Notes under the pieces: generated by a model
Told to the model about the DNA's origin: nothing
Seen by the model: the letters and a program-made list of their open reading frames with translations, nothing else
The model's database searches: none
NCBI GenBank assembly: GCA_043719495.1
Contig: JAYSTT010000250.1
Location: 1 to 47,691 of the forward strand
Direction of reading: 5' to 3'
Origin: Ferruginibacter sp.
GTDB taxonomy: Bacteria; Bacteroidota; Bacteroidia; Chitinophagales; Chitinophagaceae
Length of the DNA: 47,691 nucleotides
Program-made: the position numbers and the translations under genes
In this document: piece after piece, positions 18,070-28,788 of the stretch
Layout: each line of letters begins with the position of its first letter
Position numbering within the stretch: position 1 is the stretch's first letter

Positions 18070-20247
18070 TTAATTGACGGTGTCAAATGCCAAATTATCT
18101 TCCATCTGGATATCCTGTGGCAAGCCTGTAAATAAACTATCATGTATCTTAAACGTAGTCAAAGTTGTGAGGCATATGGAACGAAAACTAATTGGGCTCT
18201 CTTTGCCAGATTTAAGTGCATTCACGAATGCTGTAATTTCTTCCTTATGCCCTTTACCTGCTGATTTTAGTTTAATGGTTTTGCCATTCCTGTAAATTAG
18301 CCCATCCCTGAAATCGTTAATGACCCCGATCTTCGATCCACAAAAAACTTCTATCAGTTCCTTTGGCATTCCCTTTTCACCATTGGCAAGGTATGTCAGA
18401 TTTCCTACTGACCCATTTTTAAATTTTATTACAATTACAATATTGTCGGCAGGAGTTATTTTATCATTAGCACTGTTTATACATTCTGCAAATACTTTTA
18501 CAGGCTCCGAATCACTGAAATACTGCATCAGGTCAATAAAGTGGCATATTTCCCCTATAATCCTTCCTGCTCCTGTATCTTTTTGCTGCAGCCAGTTATC
18601 TTTAGGTATAAACCCTGCATTTATCCTGATATTGATCACCATCGGTTCTCCCGCATTTAAAAATTCTTTTTTAATTGCCTCACTCACTGGAGCAAAGCGT
18701 CTATTAAAGCCCACCATTAATGGCTGGGTATGTTTTTTAACGGTTTCGATAATGGCGTCCAGTTCTTCTATATTTACGGCAAGTGGTTTTTCTACGAATA
18801 CATTTTTTTTAGCCTTTAATGCATCAATTACAAGGCCAGCATGTGATGAATGCGGAGTAGCAATAAGTACAGTATTTATACTTAAATTAGTAAGTATATC
18901 ATTTACCGCTGAAGAGCAAAAATTAAATCCGAATTTATTGGCAACATTTTTTGCTGTGATCCCCCGGGATGTTACTACTCCATCAAGTGAAGCTCCGGAT
19001 GATTTTATATTAGGTATAAGATAGCTTTGCGCAAAACTGCCCGCTCCGATAAAGCCTGTATTTATAGAGGCCAATGGCTTGTTTGAGATTATTATACTTG
19101 ATTTTACTTTAGCTTCATTTTCAGTATACTTTAAAAGAATACCAATATGGTGTTCCTTTACTTTTCCTAATATGATATCATAAGCTTTTTCCGCATCATT
19201 AATATCTATGACATGCGTTGTCAATGGTTTTAAATTGATATATTTCCTGGCAAGCAGGTCCAAAAAACTTTCCATATTCCGCTGTTCAGTCCACCTCACA
19301 TAGGCATAAGGATAATCCACTCCGTTTTCTTCATAATCCACATCATACCTGCCCGGGCCATATGAGCAGGACATTTTTATATCAATTTCCTTCCTGTAAT
19401 AATGTGGATCTCTGGGAACATTCATTGGAACTACGCCTACCACAACTACTTTTCCTTTCTTCATAACAAGTTCCCCTGCCAGTTCAACAGGATCATTAGA
19501 TTGAGTGGCAGCCGTAATTATAATGGTATCAAATCCATGCCCATTCGTAAAATTGGCACAGGCGTTAAGCAGGTTAGGATCATTTCTTAGTAATGCCTTA
19601 TCTGTAGAATGTCCGTTGGCAATATTCACAAATGATTCTGATAAGTCTATTCCAAAAACAGCGCAGCCATTTGCTCGAAGTAACTGGCAGGTTATCTGTC
19701 CAAGAAGTCCAAGACCGATAACACATATTTTTTCGCCGATCCCGGCTTCTGCCTGTCGTACACCCTGCATAGCTATTGCACCAAGGGTAGTGAACGCGGC
19801 ATCTTCTGAACTTACCAAATCGGGGATCTTTATAACAAGATTTTGGGGAACAGCAACAATCTCTGCATGGGATGCATAATCTACACCTGCGCAAGCAACT
19901 CTGTCTCCAACTTTGAATAGTCCGTTGGTGTCCATGCTTGACAGAACAACTCCACTGGCACTGTACCCCAAGGCTTTTAACGAATCCAGTTTAGCCCTTA
20001 CTTTGGTGAGTGTAGCTTTGAAGCCCTCCTTTTTTATATTCTGAATCACTTGTGCAACAAGATCGGGCCTTTGCCTGGCTTTATTTAGCAAGTTAGCCTG
20101 TGCAACTTTCACAGTACCTCTTTCGGTTCCGGCACTAATCAATGAAAAGTGATTTTCGATTAGTACCATACCTTCTGAGAGTGCCGGAAGTGGTACATCA
20201 TCAATATACAATTCGCCTGTCTTAAAATTCTGTATTACTTGTTTCAT
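18070..20247 (-). CDS. Bi-domain oxidoreductase (MDR/ADH-like + Gfo/Idh/MocA)
   Basis: SLISAGTE, GLGLLGQ, SYGPGRYD; second domain GFIGAGSFA, VFVEKP, VGFNRRF, GEICHFID. Confidence 0.9.
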   Translation of the reverse strand: MKQVIQNFKTGELYIDDVPLPALSEGMVLIENHFSLISAGTERGTVKVAQANLLNKARQRPDLVAQVIQNIKKEGFKATLTKVRAKLDSLKALGYSASGVVLSSMDTNGLFKVGDRVACAGVDYASHAEIVAVPQNLVIKIPDLVSSEDAAFTTLGAIAMQGVRQAEAGIGEKICVIGLGLLGQITCQLLRANGCAVFGIDLSESFVNIANGHSTDKALLRNDPNLLNACANFTNGHGFDTIIITAATQSNDPVELAGELVMKKGKVVVVGVVPMNVPRDPHYYRKEIDIKMSCSYGPGRYDVDYEENGVDYPYAYVRWTEQRNMESFLDLLARKYINLKPLTTHVIDINDAEKAYDIILGKVKEHHIGILLKYTENEAKVKSSIIISNKPLASINTGFIGAGSFAQSYLIPNIKSSGASLDGVVTSRGITAKNVANKFGFNFCSSAVNDILTNLSINTVLIATPHSSHAGLVIDALKAKKNVFVEKPLAVNIEELDAIIETVKKHTQPLMVGFNRRFAPVSEAIKKEFLNAGEPMVINIRINAGFIPKDNWLQQKDTGAGRIIGEICHFIDLMQYFSDSEPVKVFAECINSANDKITPADNIVIVIKFKNGSVGNLTYLANGEKGMPKELIEVFCGSKIGVINDFRDGLIYRNGKTIKLKSAGKGHKEEITAFVNALKSGKESPISFRSICLTTLTTFKIHDSLFTGLPQDIQMEDNLAFDTVN

Positions 20248-20287
20248 TATTTTTTATTTAACTTCTTTTTCCTATAAGGTTATGATT

Positions 20288-21589
20288 TTATTCTTTGATT
20301 TTCTGAACGAGTAATTGAAATTTATTGATCTTACTATATTCAACTTTATCTACTTCAACAATTTCAATTTCCAGGCCTTGCCCTACTTTTACAACCAGCT
20401 CTTTAAATAGTTTTTCTTTTACTTCAGCTGTAAAGCTTTTTTCAGGAACTACACGTACAATTAATTTCCCCTTTTCTTGCTGGTAGTATTGTATATTCTG
20501 AATATAATTGTAGATGCCGTTATGCAAATTCAGAGCGGTGGTAGTGATGATAGAATTATCAGATTTATATATCCTGTCTCCATGCCACCTGCCCTTTATG
20601 TTGGCAAACGTTACCCCAATGTGACCACATTGGGGGCACACATTGCCCACAAACTCTGCAAAATCGCCTGTGCGGTACCGGATGAAAGGCATTTTTGTAT
20701 TTATAAAACCCGTGCCTACTAGTTCGCCGGTTTCACCGGGAGTGGTAATAGGTTTGTCATTCGTATCCACGATTTCTGTATAACCGTAAAAAGGGTTTGA
20801 ATGAAAGTTTTCACAGGTGCTGCCCTCTCCCGCAAGTATAAGTTTTTCGCTGTGCCCAAACCATGTATACATCCTGTATTTCAGCACCGACTGAATAAGT
20901 TCTTTCTGACGGGGCAAAATATTTTCACTACCGCAGAAAAAAGTTTTTATCGTAGTCTGTTGCCCGGTTTTATGCAAATGGTTGGCAAAAATATAAGCAG
21001 CACTAGGATAAGCATGTAAAAATTTTAATCCCGTACTGTTGATATGTTCAACTATAAAATCCATGTACTGCGGCGTTAGCGAAAAATTATCGTACTGGTA
21101 TTCCTTTAATAAAGGGTCAACTGTAAATTTTTTTCCCTGTAACCTGTGGTTTCTCAACACTGCCCTGTAGTCTGAAATTTTAAATCCTGTTTTAGACCAG
21201 TTATTGGTCATCCAAAACCACTCAAATCCCTTGCGGTTTTTATTAATAAAAAAACCTAAAGGTTTTCCGGAAGTACCACCAGTGGTAACATAATCTGCAC
21301 CTAATTTTGTAATGATCATTTTTTCGCCAGAGGCCAGCACAGTTTCCTTATCAATAAATGGAAGCTCGTGTATTTTAGGTAATGCTGTACCGAGGTGCTT
21401 ATAAAATGGTGTTTGTGAAGCAAGCTTAAATATACCCTGCAATTTTTCCTGTTGGTAAGATTGTACAAAATCCATTTTATCTGCAGCAGTTTCAAATGCA
21501 GTAAGTATTTTTTGGGCAGCCCGGTAAGACTCTCCAAAAACAAATTGTTCTGGCAGCAGGCTTGCTATTTTTTTTACTACACTACTCAT
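20288..21589 (-). CDS. Phenylacetate-CoA ligase-like / CapK family adenylate-forming protein
   Basis: TTGGTSGKP, AYPS, FGHSE, MPFIRYRTGD. Confidence 0.85.
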   Translation of the reverse strand: MSSVVKKIASLLPEQFVFGESYRAAQKILTAFETAADKMDFVQSYQQEKLQGIFKLASQTPFYKHLGTALPKIHELPFIDKETVLASGEKMIITKLGADYVTTGGTSGKPLGFFINKNRKGFEWFWMTNNWSKTGFKISDYRAVLRNHRLQGKKFTVDPLLKEYQYDNFSLTPQYMDFIVEHINSTGLKFLHAYPSAAYIFANHLHKTGQQTTIKTFFCGSENILPRQKELIQSVLKYRMYTWFGHSEKLILAGEGSTCENFHSNPFYGYTEIVDTNDKPITTPGETGELVGTGFINTKMPFIRYRTGDFAEFVGNVCPQCGHIGVTFANIKGRWHGDRIYKSDNSIITTTALNLHNGIYNYIQNIQYYQQEKGKLIVRVVPEKSFTAEVKEKLFKELVVKVGQGLEIEIVEVDKVEYSKINKFQLLVQKIKE

Positions 21590-21597
21590 TCCGGTAT

Positions 21598-23397
21598 TTA
21601 TTCAATTTCTGATAAATATTTATGACTTAATTCCAAACATAAAAAAGCCCAGAGTTTAGATGAGTGATCTATATTTTCCTCTGTATGTAACCTAAAACAT
21701 TTTTTTATCACATTGATATCAATAAAATCTTTTTGCACGGAATTATTGATGGTAAATTCTAAAAGGCCTTTAAGTTCATTGGATAACCATTTTCCGATGG
21801 GTAAATCAAAACCAACTTTTTTCCGGTAAATAAGATCGTGGTCTAAATATTTTGCAGCCAGTTTTTTTACCAGGTATTTCGGAGTTTTATCTTTCATTAA
21901 TATATCCTGGCTTATCCCAGCTGAAAAATCTACCAATTGGTGCGCTAAAAAAGGTACCCTTAGTTCAATGGCTGTTCCGCTGGTGGACCTGTCGGATCTT
22001 GTTAAAACGTCATTGGGTATCCTGTCTTTAATATCCAGGTCCATGGCATGTTTTAAATCAAAAGCTTTTGAAGCTTTGTCTTTATCAAATGCTGGTAGTA
22101 ATTGTGCCAGCAAATGTGGTTCAAATATCATTGCGGTGCCATAAAATACAGGGTTCTTAATGGAGTTATACAAAAAATTATACCGCTTAGAATTATTTTT
22201 ATAAAGTGATAATAAAGTATTTTTTAAAGGGGCATACTTTCCAATCTTATTATAAATATCCTGCGACCAGTTAAAATATTTATATGAATTATAACCTGCA
22301 AAAAGTTCATCACTTCCTTCTCCTGCAAGCAATGCCCTGTAATTTTTACTGCTGGCGTATTCAGATATTTTATATAACAGTAAGGCAGAAGGGTCGGCAA
22401 CAATATCATCCTGTATGGCAATCCAGTCAGTAATGCTGTTAAGAAAATCGCCGGCATCAACTTTTATTTCGTTGTACCCAATATTGTATTGCTTACAAAC
22501 CTTTTTTGCGTAAGCCGATTCGTCATATTTTTCATCGTGAAACGCTACTGTAAAAGCATTCAGATTGTTGGTTTGTTTTGATGTTAACGCAGCCACTAAA
22601 GAAGAATCCACACCACCACTGAGAAAAAGCCCGACAGGTACATCTGCCACCAACCTGTTTCTTATAGAGTCATTTAATAATTCTTCAATTGCTTCTATTG
22701 TTTCTCCTTCGTTGGTATAAAGTTCCTGAACAGGTTTACGTTCCCACCATTTTTTTATTTCGCCGTATTGTTTATTTTTTGAATCAAACTCTAAAAAGGA
22801 CCCCGATGGCATTTCAAAAATATCATCAAAAATTGTATCCGGTGCTTTAAAAGCCCGGTTAAGGTAAAACTGCCATATTTTTTCGTGGTTCAGTTTTTTA
22901 TTGGAAAATATCACTAATGGAGTAATAGTGGATGCAAATGCAAATACTTCATCTGTATTGATAAAATATACCGGCTTAATTCCTATTCTATCGCGGCATA
23001 GGGTTAAAACCTGGCTGTTATTGTTGTAATATCCAAAGCCAAACATTGAGTTTGTCTTTTTTAAAAATTCAATATACTCCACATGAAGACCTTTAAGCAA
23101 TACTTCAGTGTCAGATTTCTTTTCATATTTTTCGTTGCTGAACTTAAGATCACGGTAATTATAAACCTCCCCGTTATAAGTAATAGAACCTCGTTCATCC
23201 TGCATCGGCTGGCTGGCATTTCCAATATCAATTATCGACAACATGTTATGAAAAAAGAATAAACCAGGTGCCACTTCCAATTTATTAAAATCGTCAGGGC
23301 CACGTTGATGCTGTTTTACTTTAACAAGTTGTTCAAACTTGTTTAAGATCGTAACATTTATTTGTTTTTTAAAAAAAATACCAGCTATGCCACACAT
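21598..23397 (-). CDS. asnB: Asparagine synthase-like amidotransferase (WbpS/WbqG-type sugar amidation)
   Basis: MCGIAG, RGPD, YNGEVYN, SDTEV, FLSGGVDSS, GEGSDELFAGY, ELRVPFL, KKVGF. Confidence 0.88.
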   Translation of the reverse strand: MCGIAGIFFKKQINVTILNKFEQLVKVKQHQRGPDDFNKLEVAPGLFFFHNMLSIIDIGNASQPMQDERGSITYNGEVYNYRDLKFSNEKYEKKSDTEVLLKGLHVEYIEFLKKTNSMFGFGYYNNNSQVLTLCRDRIGIKPVYFINTDEVFAFASTITPLVIFSNKKLNHEKIWQFYLNRAFKAPDTIFDDIFEMPSGSFLEFDSKNKQYGEIKKWWERKPVQELYTNEGETIEAIEELLNDSIRNRLVADVPVGLFLSGGVDSSLVAALTSKQTNNLNAFTVAFHDEKYDESAYAKKVCKQYNIGYNEIKVDAGDFLNSITDWIAIQDDIVADPSALLLYKISEYASSKNYRALLAGEGSDELFAGYNSYKYFNWSQDIYNKIGKYAPLKNTLLSLYKNNSKRYNFLYNSIKNPVFYGTAMIFEPHLLAQLLPAFDKDKASKAFDLKHAMDLDIKDRIPNDVLTRSDRSTSGTAIELRVPFLAHQLVDFSAGISQDILMKDKTPKYLVKKLAAKYLDHDLIYRKKVGFDLPIGKWLSNELKGLLEFTINNSVQKDFIDINVIKKCFRLHTEENIDHSSKLWAFLCLELSHKYLSEIE

Positions 23398-23497
23398 TTA
23401 AATCAGTTTTTATTGAGTAATACTATAAACAATTTTCAAATTTTAATAGCCCCCCGGAAAAATACATACCTGATAGCTTCTACTATAAATTTGACTG

Positions 23498-24568
23498 TTA
23501 TATAAATTTGAAATATTCAATAACGTTCTTTACTATTTTTTCAGCAGTAAATTTTTCAGACAGAATCAAATTGTTCTGTTTCATTTTATCTTGTAAAGAT
23601 TTATCACTTAAAAGCCTTGAAATTTGTAGGGCTAATTGCGGTGGATTTTTTGCTTCTACCCACAAGCAATTTTCATACTCCACCATATAATCTGCTGCAG
23701 CCCTTATATTAGTAGTTATTACAGGCTTGCCTGCACCCACTGCCTGGAAAACAGCCATGGGAAAACCCTCTTCATGATACGTAGGCAAGATCAATATATC
23801 GCAATTAGCATAAAAATACCGGGCTTCATTTTCCGAAATATGGCCTGTAAAATGCATATTATCTGTTAACTGATATGTTTCAATCAGTGCTGTGACTTCA
23901 TTAACTAATGGCCCATCTCCCAAGCAAAATAACTTAAAATCAGAAGTGGTATTTTTTAATAATTTACAGGCTTCTATAAGGTCAATAATTCCTTTGGGCT
24001 TGATAAATCTTCCAACAAATAATAAAATCAGTACATTTTCAGCCAGTTCAAATTTAGCTTTAAAAGCAGGGTTAGGAATATAAAGGTTTTTGTCAATTAC
24101 ATTAGCAGTAACCTGCACTTTATTGGGTGGTAAGCCAATACTTAAAAAACTTTTACGTTCTTCTGATGACAGTACAAGTAAAAGATTTGCTTTTTTGAAA
24201 ACGTATTTTTGAAAAAGATTTGTTTTTGAAAATATAAAGCGATTTTGAGCGCCATGAATTTTTAAAACAATTTTAATGTTCTTACTATATCTTTTTAAAA
24301 TAAAAATAGTAATCGAGTCTCTTACTAGAGTTTTAAAATCAAGGCCCGTATTTAAATAAACAATATCACTTTTTTGCTCCGCAGCTTTCTTTTTTATTTC
24401 AATTGCGTTTTTAATAACAAGCCTGAAGCTTTGGAAAAATCCGTTAGCAGAACCCCAGTTGCCATAAGTACATATGCCTGTTTCAAAGCCTAATTTTTGA
24501 AATTCATTTATTTCAGATTCTGCAATTTCTACATGGGTAGTACGATGTATTCCAAATAATATTTTCAT
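23498..24568 (-). CDS. Glycosyltransferase family 4
   Basis: FVGRFIKPKG, EEGFPMAVFQAVGAGKPVI. Confidence 0.88.
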   Translation of the reverse strand: MKILFGIHRTTHVEIAESEINEFQKLGFETGICTYGNWGSANGFFQSFRLVIKNAIEIKKKAAEQKSDIVYLNTGLDFKTLVRDSITIFILKRYSKNIKIVLKIHGAQNRFIFSKTNLFQKYVFKKANLLLVLSSEERKSFLSIGLPPNKVQVTANVIDKNLYIPNPAFKAKFELAENVLILLFVGRFIKPKGIIDLIEACKLLKNTTSDFKLFCLGDGPLVNEVTALIETYQLTDNMHFTGHISENEARYFYANCDILILPTYHEEGFPMAVFQAVGAGKPVITTNIRAAADYMVEYENCLWVEAKNPPQLALQISRLLSDKSLQDKMKQNNLILSEKFTAEKIVKNVIEYFKFI

Positions 24569-24689
24569 TCTTTTTATAAACGACTGACGATTTAATTTCC
24601 GTGAGAAAATGTCATCGGCTACTTTTTTGTTTTTAAATTTGTGAAGCCTTTTAAAAAATAATTATTAAAATAAGTTCTTCATACAGGCA

Positions 24690-25193
24690 TTATATAACCT
24701 CTTTAGTTTTAATAACTCTTGCTGGATTTCCAACCACTATTGAATTTGAAGGTATGCTTTTTGTTATCACAGTACCTGCTCCAATCGTGCTGTTCCTGCC
24801 AATAACGATTTCTCCTATGATAATAACATTTGCACCAATGTCAACATGGTCTTCAATAACCGGGCTACCTGAACCCGAATAGGAATTACCAATTGTGGTA
24901 CAATGCCTGAGCACACAATTTTCACCTATTACAGCATCACAGTTAATCACTAACGCTTGGCCATGATACAGCACTAAATTTCTGCCAGCCTTCAACTTCC
25001 ATGGTATTTCTATACCCAGTATCCAATCTATAAAAAATTTGTAAAAAATCAGGTAGGGTAAACCTATATACTTTAAATATTTTCTTTTTGAGCATCCATT
25101 GGCTATTCTAAAAAAAAACAGCACCAGTTTACCCTTTGTATTATTTTTGTTGGCTTTCCAGTCCTGAAAAATAAAATATATAAAATTCATCAA
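24690..25193 (-). CDS. Serine acetyltransferase-like O-acetyltransferase (WcaB-like)
   Basis: Hexapeptide repeats, HGQALVIN, TTIGN, IGAGTVI, VVGNPAR. Confidence 0.85.
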   Translation of the reverse strand: MMNFIYFIFQDWKANKNNTKGKLVLFFFRIANGCSKRKYLKYIGLPYLIFYKFFIDWILGIEIPWKLKAGRNLVLYHGQALVINCDAVIGENCVLRHCTTIGNSYSGSGSPVIEDHVDIGANVIIIGEIVIGRNSTIGAGTVITKSIPSNSIVVGNPARVIKTKEVI

Positions 25194-25340
25194 ATTATTT
25201 TGTGCTTTTAAACTATAATTCAGTAGTTGCCACTAACACTTTTTCTACAATAAACTCTTGTGTGTAAACCTGCAATAGTATACTTAACTCTTTTGATTAA
25301 TACACAGGTAGAATTGATGTATTCATTAAAAAATGAAAAA

Positions 25341-26576
25341 TTATCTTATATTACTTTTGATAAAAGCTGCCACTTCAGCGGCTTTATCCAAATAATTGAA
25401 TTTCTGTATTGCTACAGCTTTGCTTTGCTGACCAACGGCCAATGCCTTTTCGTAATATTCGAAAATGTATTCAATTTTCTGTGCTATTGCTACAGCGTCA
25501 TTGGGTTCAACAATAAAAAGAGATTCGTTATCAACAAAATAGTCCGCAATATCGGTTACCCTGGTTGCAATAATTGGCTTTGCTGTCATACAATATTCTC
25601 CCAGCTTCCACGGAAAGCCATAATTGGCATATGGGCTGTTTGTTCTGCAAACGAATAATACATTTGCCAATGTGTTGTAACATAATAGTTCGTCTGCATT
25701 TACAAACCCCACCATTTGCACTTTATCTTCTACCCCATATTTTTTTATATGGTTTTTAATATTATTCATGATTGCATCACCGTATCCTTTTCCCGTCATT
25801 ACGAAAACAGTATCGGGGTATTTTTTTACAATAGTCGCAAAAGCTTCAATAAGATAAAAAAGGCCATCCTTTTCACCAAACGTTCCACCATAAACCAGTA
25901 TGCGCTTACCCTTAAAAGCTACTTCCATTTTTTGTTTAAGGGTTGTAAATGACTTCTTGCTGAGATTCTCTATGTAACTATTGTATGAAACAATTATAGG
26001 GCTTAATAAAATTTTGCTTTCAGGTAAATATCTCAGGTAATCATTTTTTAAATTCTTAGAGATAACAATAAGTCCGGTTGCAATTTTGGGAAAAAGCCAT
26101 TCTGATAATCGCTGACTTTTATAATTAAGAAAACCAGGAATTCCCTTGTAATCTTCATTTAAGGATGCTTTTTCAACCAACCAAAAAAATATAGGTATCT
26201 TAAACAGCAGGCAGGTAATTATTACTGGGAAATCTCTTAAAGTATCTACTATTCCTCCCATTATTACAGCATCTACCTTTTTCTTTTTATTACGTTTATA
26301 AATAAGAACTGCTGTTTTTATTACTGCAATAAAATTATCAAGGAAACGAAATATTTTTTTAATAGGTTTACTTTCTTTTACAAAATAATAAGGTATATCA
26401 TCAAAGTGCCCATATTTATTTTTACTTGAAGCTAATGCTTCTCTTTTTTTGCCATATGGAACTATCAGGAATGGGTTTTCTCTTCCTTCCCTTAAACCTT
26501 TCATGAACAAAGTTATTTGAGCACTGTGAGCACCACCAAAAGGAAAATCAACAGAATCTACTAATAACAAATTCAT
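25341..26576 (-). CDS. Glycosyltransferase family 4
   Basis: YGGTFGEKDG, GFPWKLGEY..TAKPIIAT. Confidence 0.85.
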   Translation of the reverse strand: MNLLLVDSVDFPFGGAHSAQITLFMKGLREGRENPFLIVPYGKKREALASSKNKYGHFDDIPYYFVKESKPIKKIFRFLDNFIAVIKTAVLIYKRNKKKKVDAVIMGGIVDTLRDFPVIITCLLFKIPIFFWLVEKASLNEDYKGIPGFLNYKSQRLSEWLFPKIATGLIVISKNLKNDYLRYLPESKILLSPIIVSYNSYIENLSKKSFTTLKQKMEVAFKGKRILVYGGTFGEKDGLFYLIEAFATIVKKYPDTVFVMTGKGYGDAIMNNIKNHIKKYGVEDKVQMVGFVNADELLCYNTLANVLFVCRTNSPYANYGFPWKLGEYCMTAKPIIATRVTDIADYFVDNESLFIVEPNDAVAIAQKIEYIFEYYEKALAVGQQSKAVAIQKFNYLDKAAEVAAFIKSNIR

Positions 26577-26744
26577 TTTTCACCTGATTTATTCATGCCT
26601 TTTCTATTTACATTATTTAAAAGGCGGCTATTAATTTATATATATATCTGGCCTGAAAATGAAAACAATATTTTATTCATAACCAGTTGCATAATATAAT
26701 TTCCACAGTATTATTTTTAATTAAGACTGTATTATCTGTCAAAT

Positions 26745-27380
26745 TCATTTCTCCCCCTCCGTTGCTTTATCAGTGCTGTCAAAAAAAAATTTGGCAGGTA
26801 ATTTTGCAATCTCCTTACATGGATTACCAGCAGCAATTACATTCGCCGAAATACTTTTTGTTACTACACTATTAGCACCAATTATGCTATTTTCTCCAAT
26901 TTCAACGCCTTTTAAAACAACAGCGTTAATACCTATCCACACATTATCTTTAATAATTACTGGTTTTGGCTCTCCTACTCTTGAATCATCAAGGTGCCAA
27001 TCTGAATCTGTTATTAAAGTGTTGGCGCCACAACGTACATTTTTGCCTAATTTAATTGAAATAAAAGCTCCTATTACAGTACCACTAAACCCAGAGCAAT
27101 CTCCAATTTCTATTATTGCCTCTTCCGTAAGAGTTGATATCATACACGGCCTGTCTATTCCAATCTGATTAGAATTTGGTCGTGAAAGAAATTCACAGTT
27201 GTTGCCTATTTGAATGCTAGAGTTTGGATATCTTTTGAAATAACATTTACCATTGAATTTTGCATTCCTTCCAATCTTTACACCCCACCATGCTGCATAT
27301 AACAAATTTCTTTTTCCAAAAAACACATGTATTCTTTGAAAAAGAGCATTAGAAGTATGCGATAAGTTCCTGAATTTCAT
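26745..27380 (-). CDS. Hexapeptide-repeat acetyltransferase
   Basis: DSDWH, VWIG...VLKGVEIG..SIIGANSVV, AAGNPCK. Confidence 0.88.
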   Translation of the reverse strand: MKFRNLSHTSNALFQRIHVFFGKRNLLYAAWWGVKIGRNAKFNGKCYFKRYPNSSIQIGNNCEFLSRPNSNQIGIDRPCMISTLTEEAIIEIGDCSGFSGTVIGAFISIKLGKNVRCGANTLITDSDWHLDDSRVGEPKPVIIKDNVWIGINAVVLKGVEIGENSIIGANSVVTKSISANVIAAGNPCKEIAKLPAKFFFDSTDKATEGEK

Positions 27381-27444
27381 TACAAATTAAAATCTGTGGT
27401 ATAACGACTTGATATTAAAATTTATTGTTGTTTTACTTCTTATT

Positions 27445-28758
27445 TCATCTTGGAAATAAACATTTTCGAAATTCATCTCTTATTATTTCACTATCTTCTC
27501 TTTCAAGAGCAATTTTTTGAGCTTTTTCAGCCAATTTCTTTCTTATTTCAGCATCCTTGTACAATGTACGTATTGCATTAATTAAGACAACTTTATTTCT
27601 TTCAGTAACTACATATCCCCATTTATCTTTAAGAGCATACTTTGTAATTGCGGCTTGTTCATCTCCGTAAACTAGTATTGGCGTTCCGGAAATCATGTAT
27701 TCGCTTACTTTAGTTGGAAATGAATATTTTAAAAATTGTATACTTTTCTCATCGAAATCCTGGGGAAGCAGGAGTAAGTCAACGCTTGCAAATTTATCCG
27801 GAAGATCCGCATACTTTATTGGCTGTATCCATTTTATATTTTCGTTTACGGCAACTAATTTATTCAGTTCTTCCAAATCGCCGGTTTGAATCTCAAATAC
27901 AATATTTTTATTAGTTATTGCAATTTCGTTAACAGAATCTGCCACATCTGCAATTGAACTTCTTATTCCAGAGCCAATACGTCCGGCATATAAAATAGTG
28001 AATTTATCTTTTAGAGAATAATTTTTTTCTACAGGTGGCTTCCAAAAATTAACATCAATGGGATTATGAAAGGGTATAAAAATCTTGTTGTACCGCAATT
28101 TATATTCTTCACTCATGGCTGTACAAATACTCATAAGAGTAGTAGATTTGTTCAGCAAATTTCTAAACCCCTTGTCAATAGTATTCTGCCAGTAGTTGTA
28201 TAAAATACCTGGTCGATTAATTGTAAGTGGCCAATCATCCATTATATGAATTGCAATTGATTTTTTAGTTTGTTCATGCAGCTGGTCTACAAATCGTATT
28301 AATTCCAATGATGCCAGCTGGGTATATATAATATCGGGATTGTAATCCTTTACCCAGGCTGAAAATTCTGGAGTAATTTTTATTTTGTAAAAAAGATTAT
28401 ACACTCCGAAAAAGTGTAATATTGCAATTAAATTTTTATATACCACTTTATATTTTCCAGCGGTTCTTCCTTGTGTTTCATTACCCGTTATACTACTATT
28501 ATTTTGGCCGGTCTGTATTATGCCACACTTAATTGGAGGAAGAAAAAAACTAAAGGGAAAAGGGTGTAATTTATTTTTATATCCCAATTGATAATAAGTA
28601 TTACAAACTGAAACGTCAACGCTTCCTAATAAGTTATCATTGGTTGCAACGGCTATTTTATCTTTTGGCCAACCTTTGAATAAATTAGAAATAGTTACAC
28701 CACCGCCACTATTCTTATTAAAAGTTTGCCCGATTATTAAAATTTTGGGATATGCCAT
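27445..28758 (-). CDS. GT-B glycosyltransferase (GT4-like)
   Basis: HIMDDW, LYAGRI, SFPTKVSEYMISGTPIL. Confidence 0.82.
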   Translation of the reverse strand: MAYPKILIIGQTFNKNSGGGVTISNLFKGWPKDKIAVATNDNLLGSVDVSVCNTYYQLGYKNKLHPFPFSFFLPPIKCGIIQTGQNNSSITGNETQGRTAGKYKVVYKNLIAILHFFGVYNLFYKIKITPEFSAWVKDYNPDIIYTQLASLELIRFVDQLHEQTKKSIAIHIMDDWPLTINRPGILYNYWQNTIDKGFRNLLNKSTTLMSICTAMSEEYKLRYNKIFIPFHNPIDVNFWKPPVEKNYSLKDKFTILYAGRIGSGIRSSIADVADSVNEIAITNKNIVFEIQTGDLEELNKLVAVNENIKWIQPIKYADLPDKFASVDLLLLPQDFDEKSIQFLKYSFPTKVSEYMISGTPILVYGDEQAAITKYALKDKWGYVVTERNKVVLINAIRTLYKDAEIRKKLAEKAQKIALEREDSEIIRDEFRKCLFPR

Positions 28759-28788
28759 GCTGCTGTAATTGTTAAAGCAATTCTGAAA

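Noticed and set aside
18320-19024. 234-aa plus-strand ORF, and the many other short overlapping ORFs in the track
   Set aside because: They are antisense or alternate-frame shadows of well-supported genes and have no recognisable motifs.
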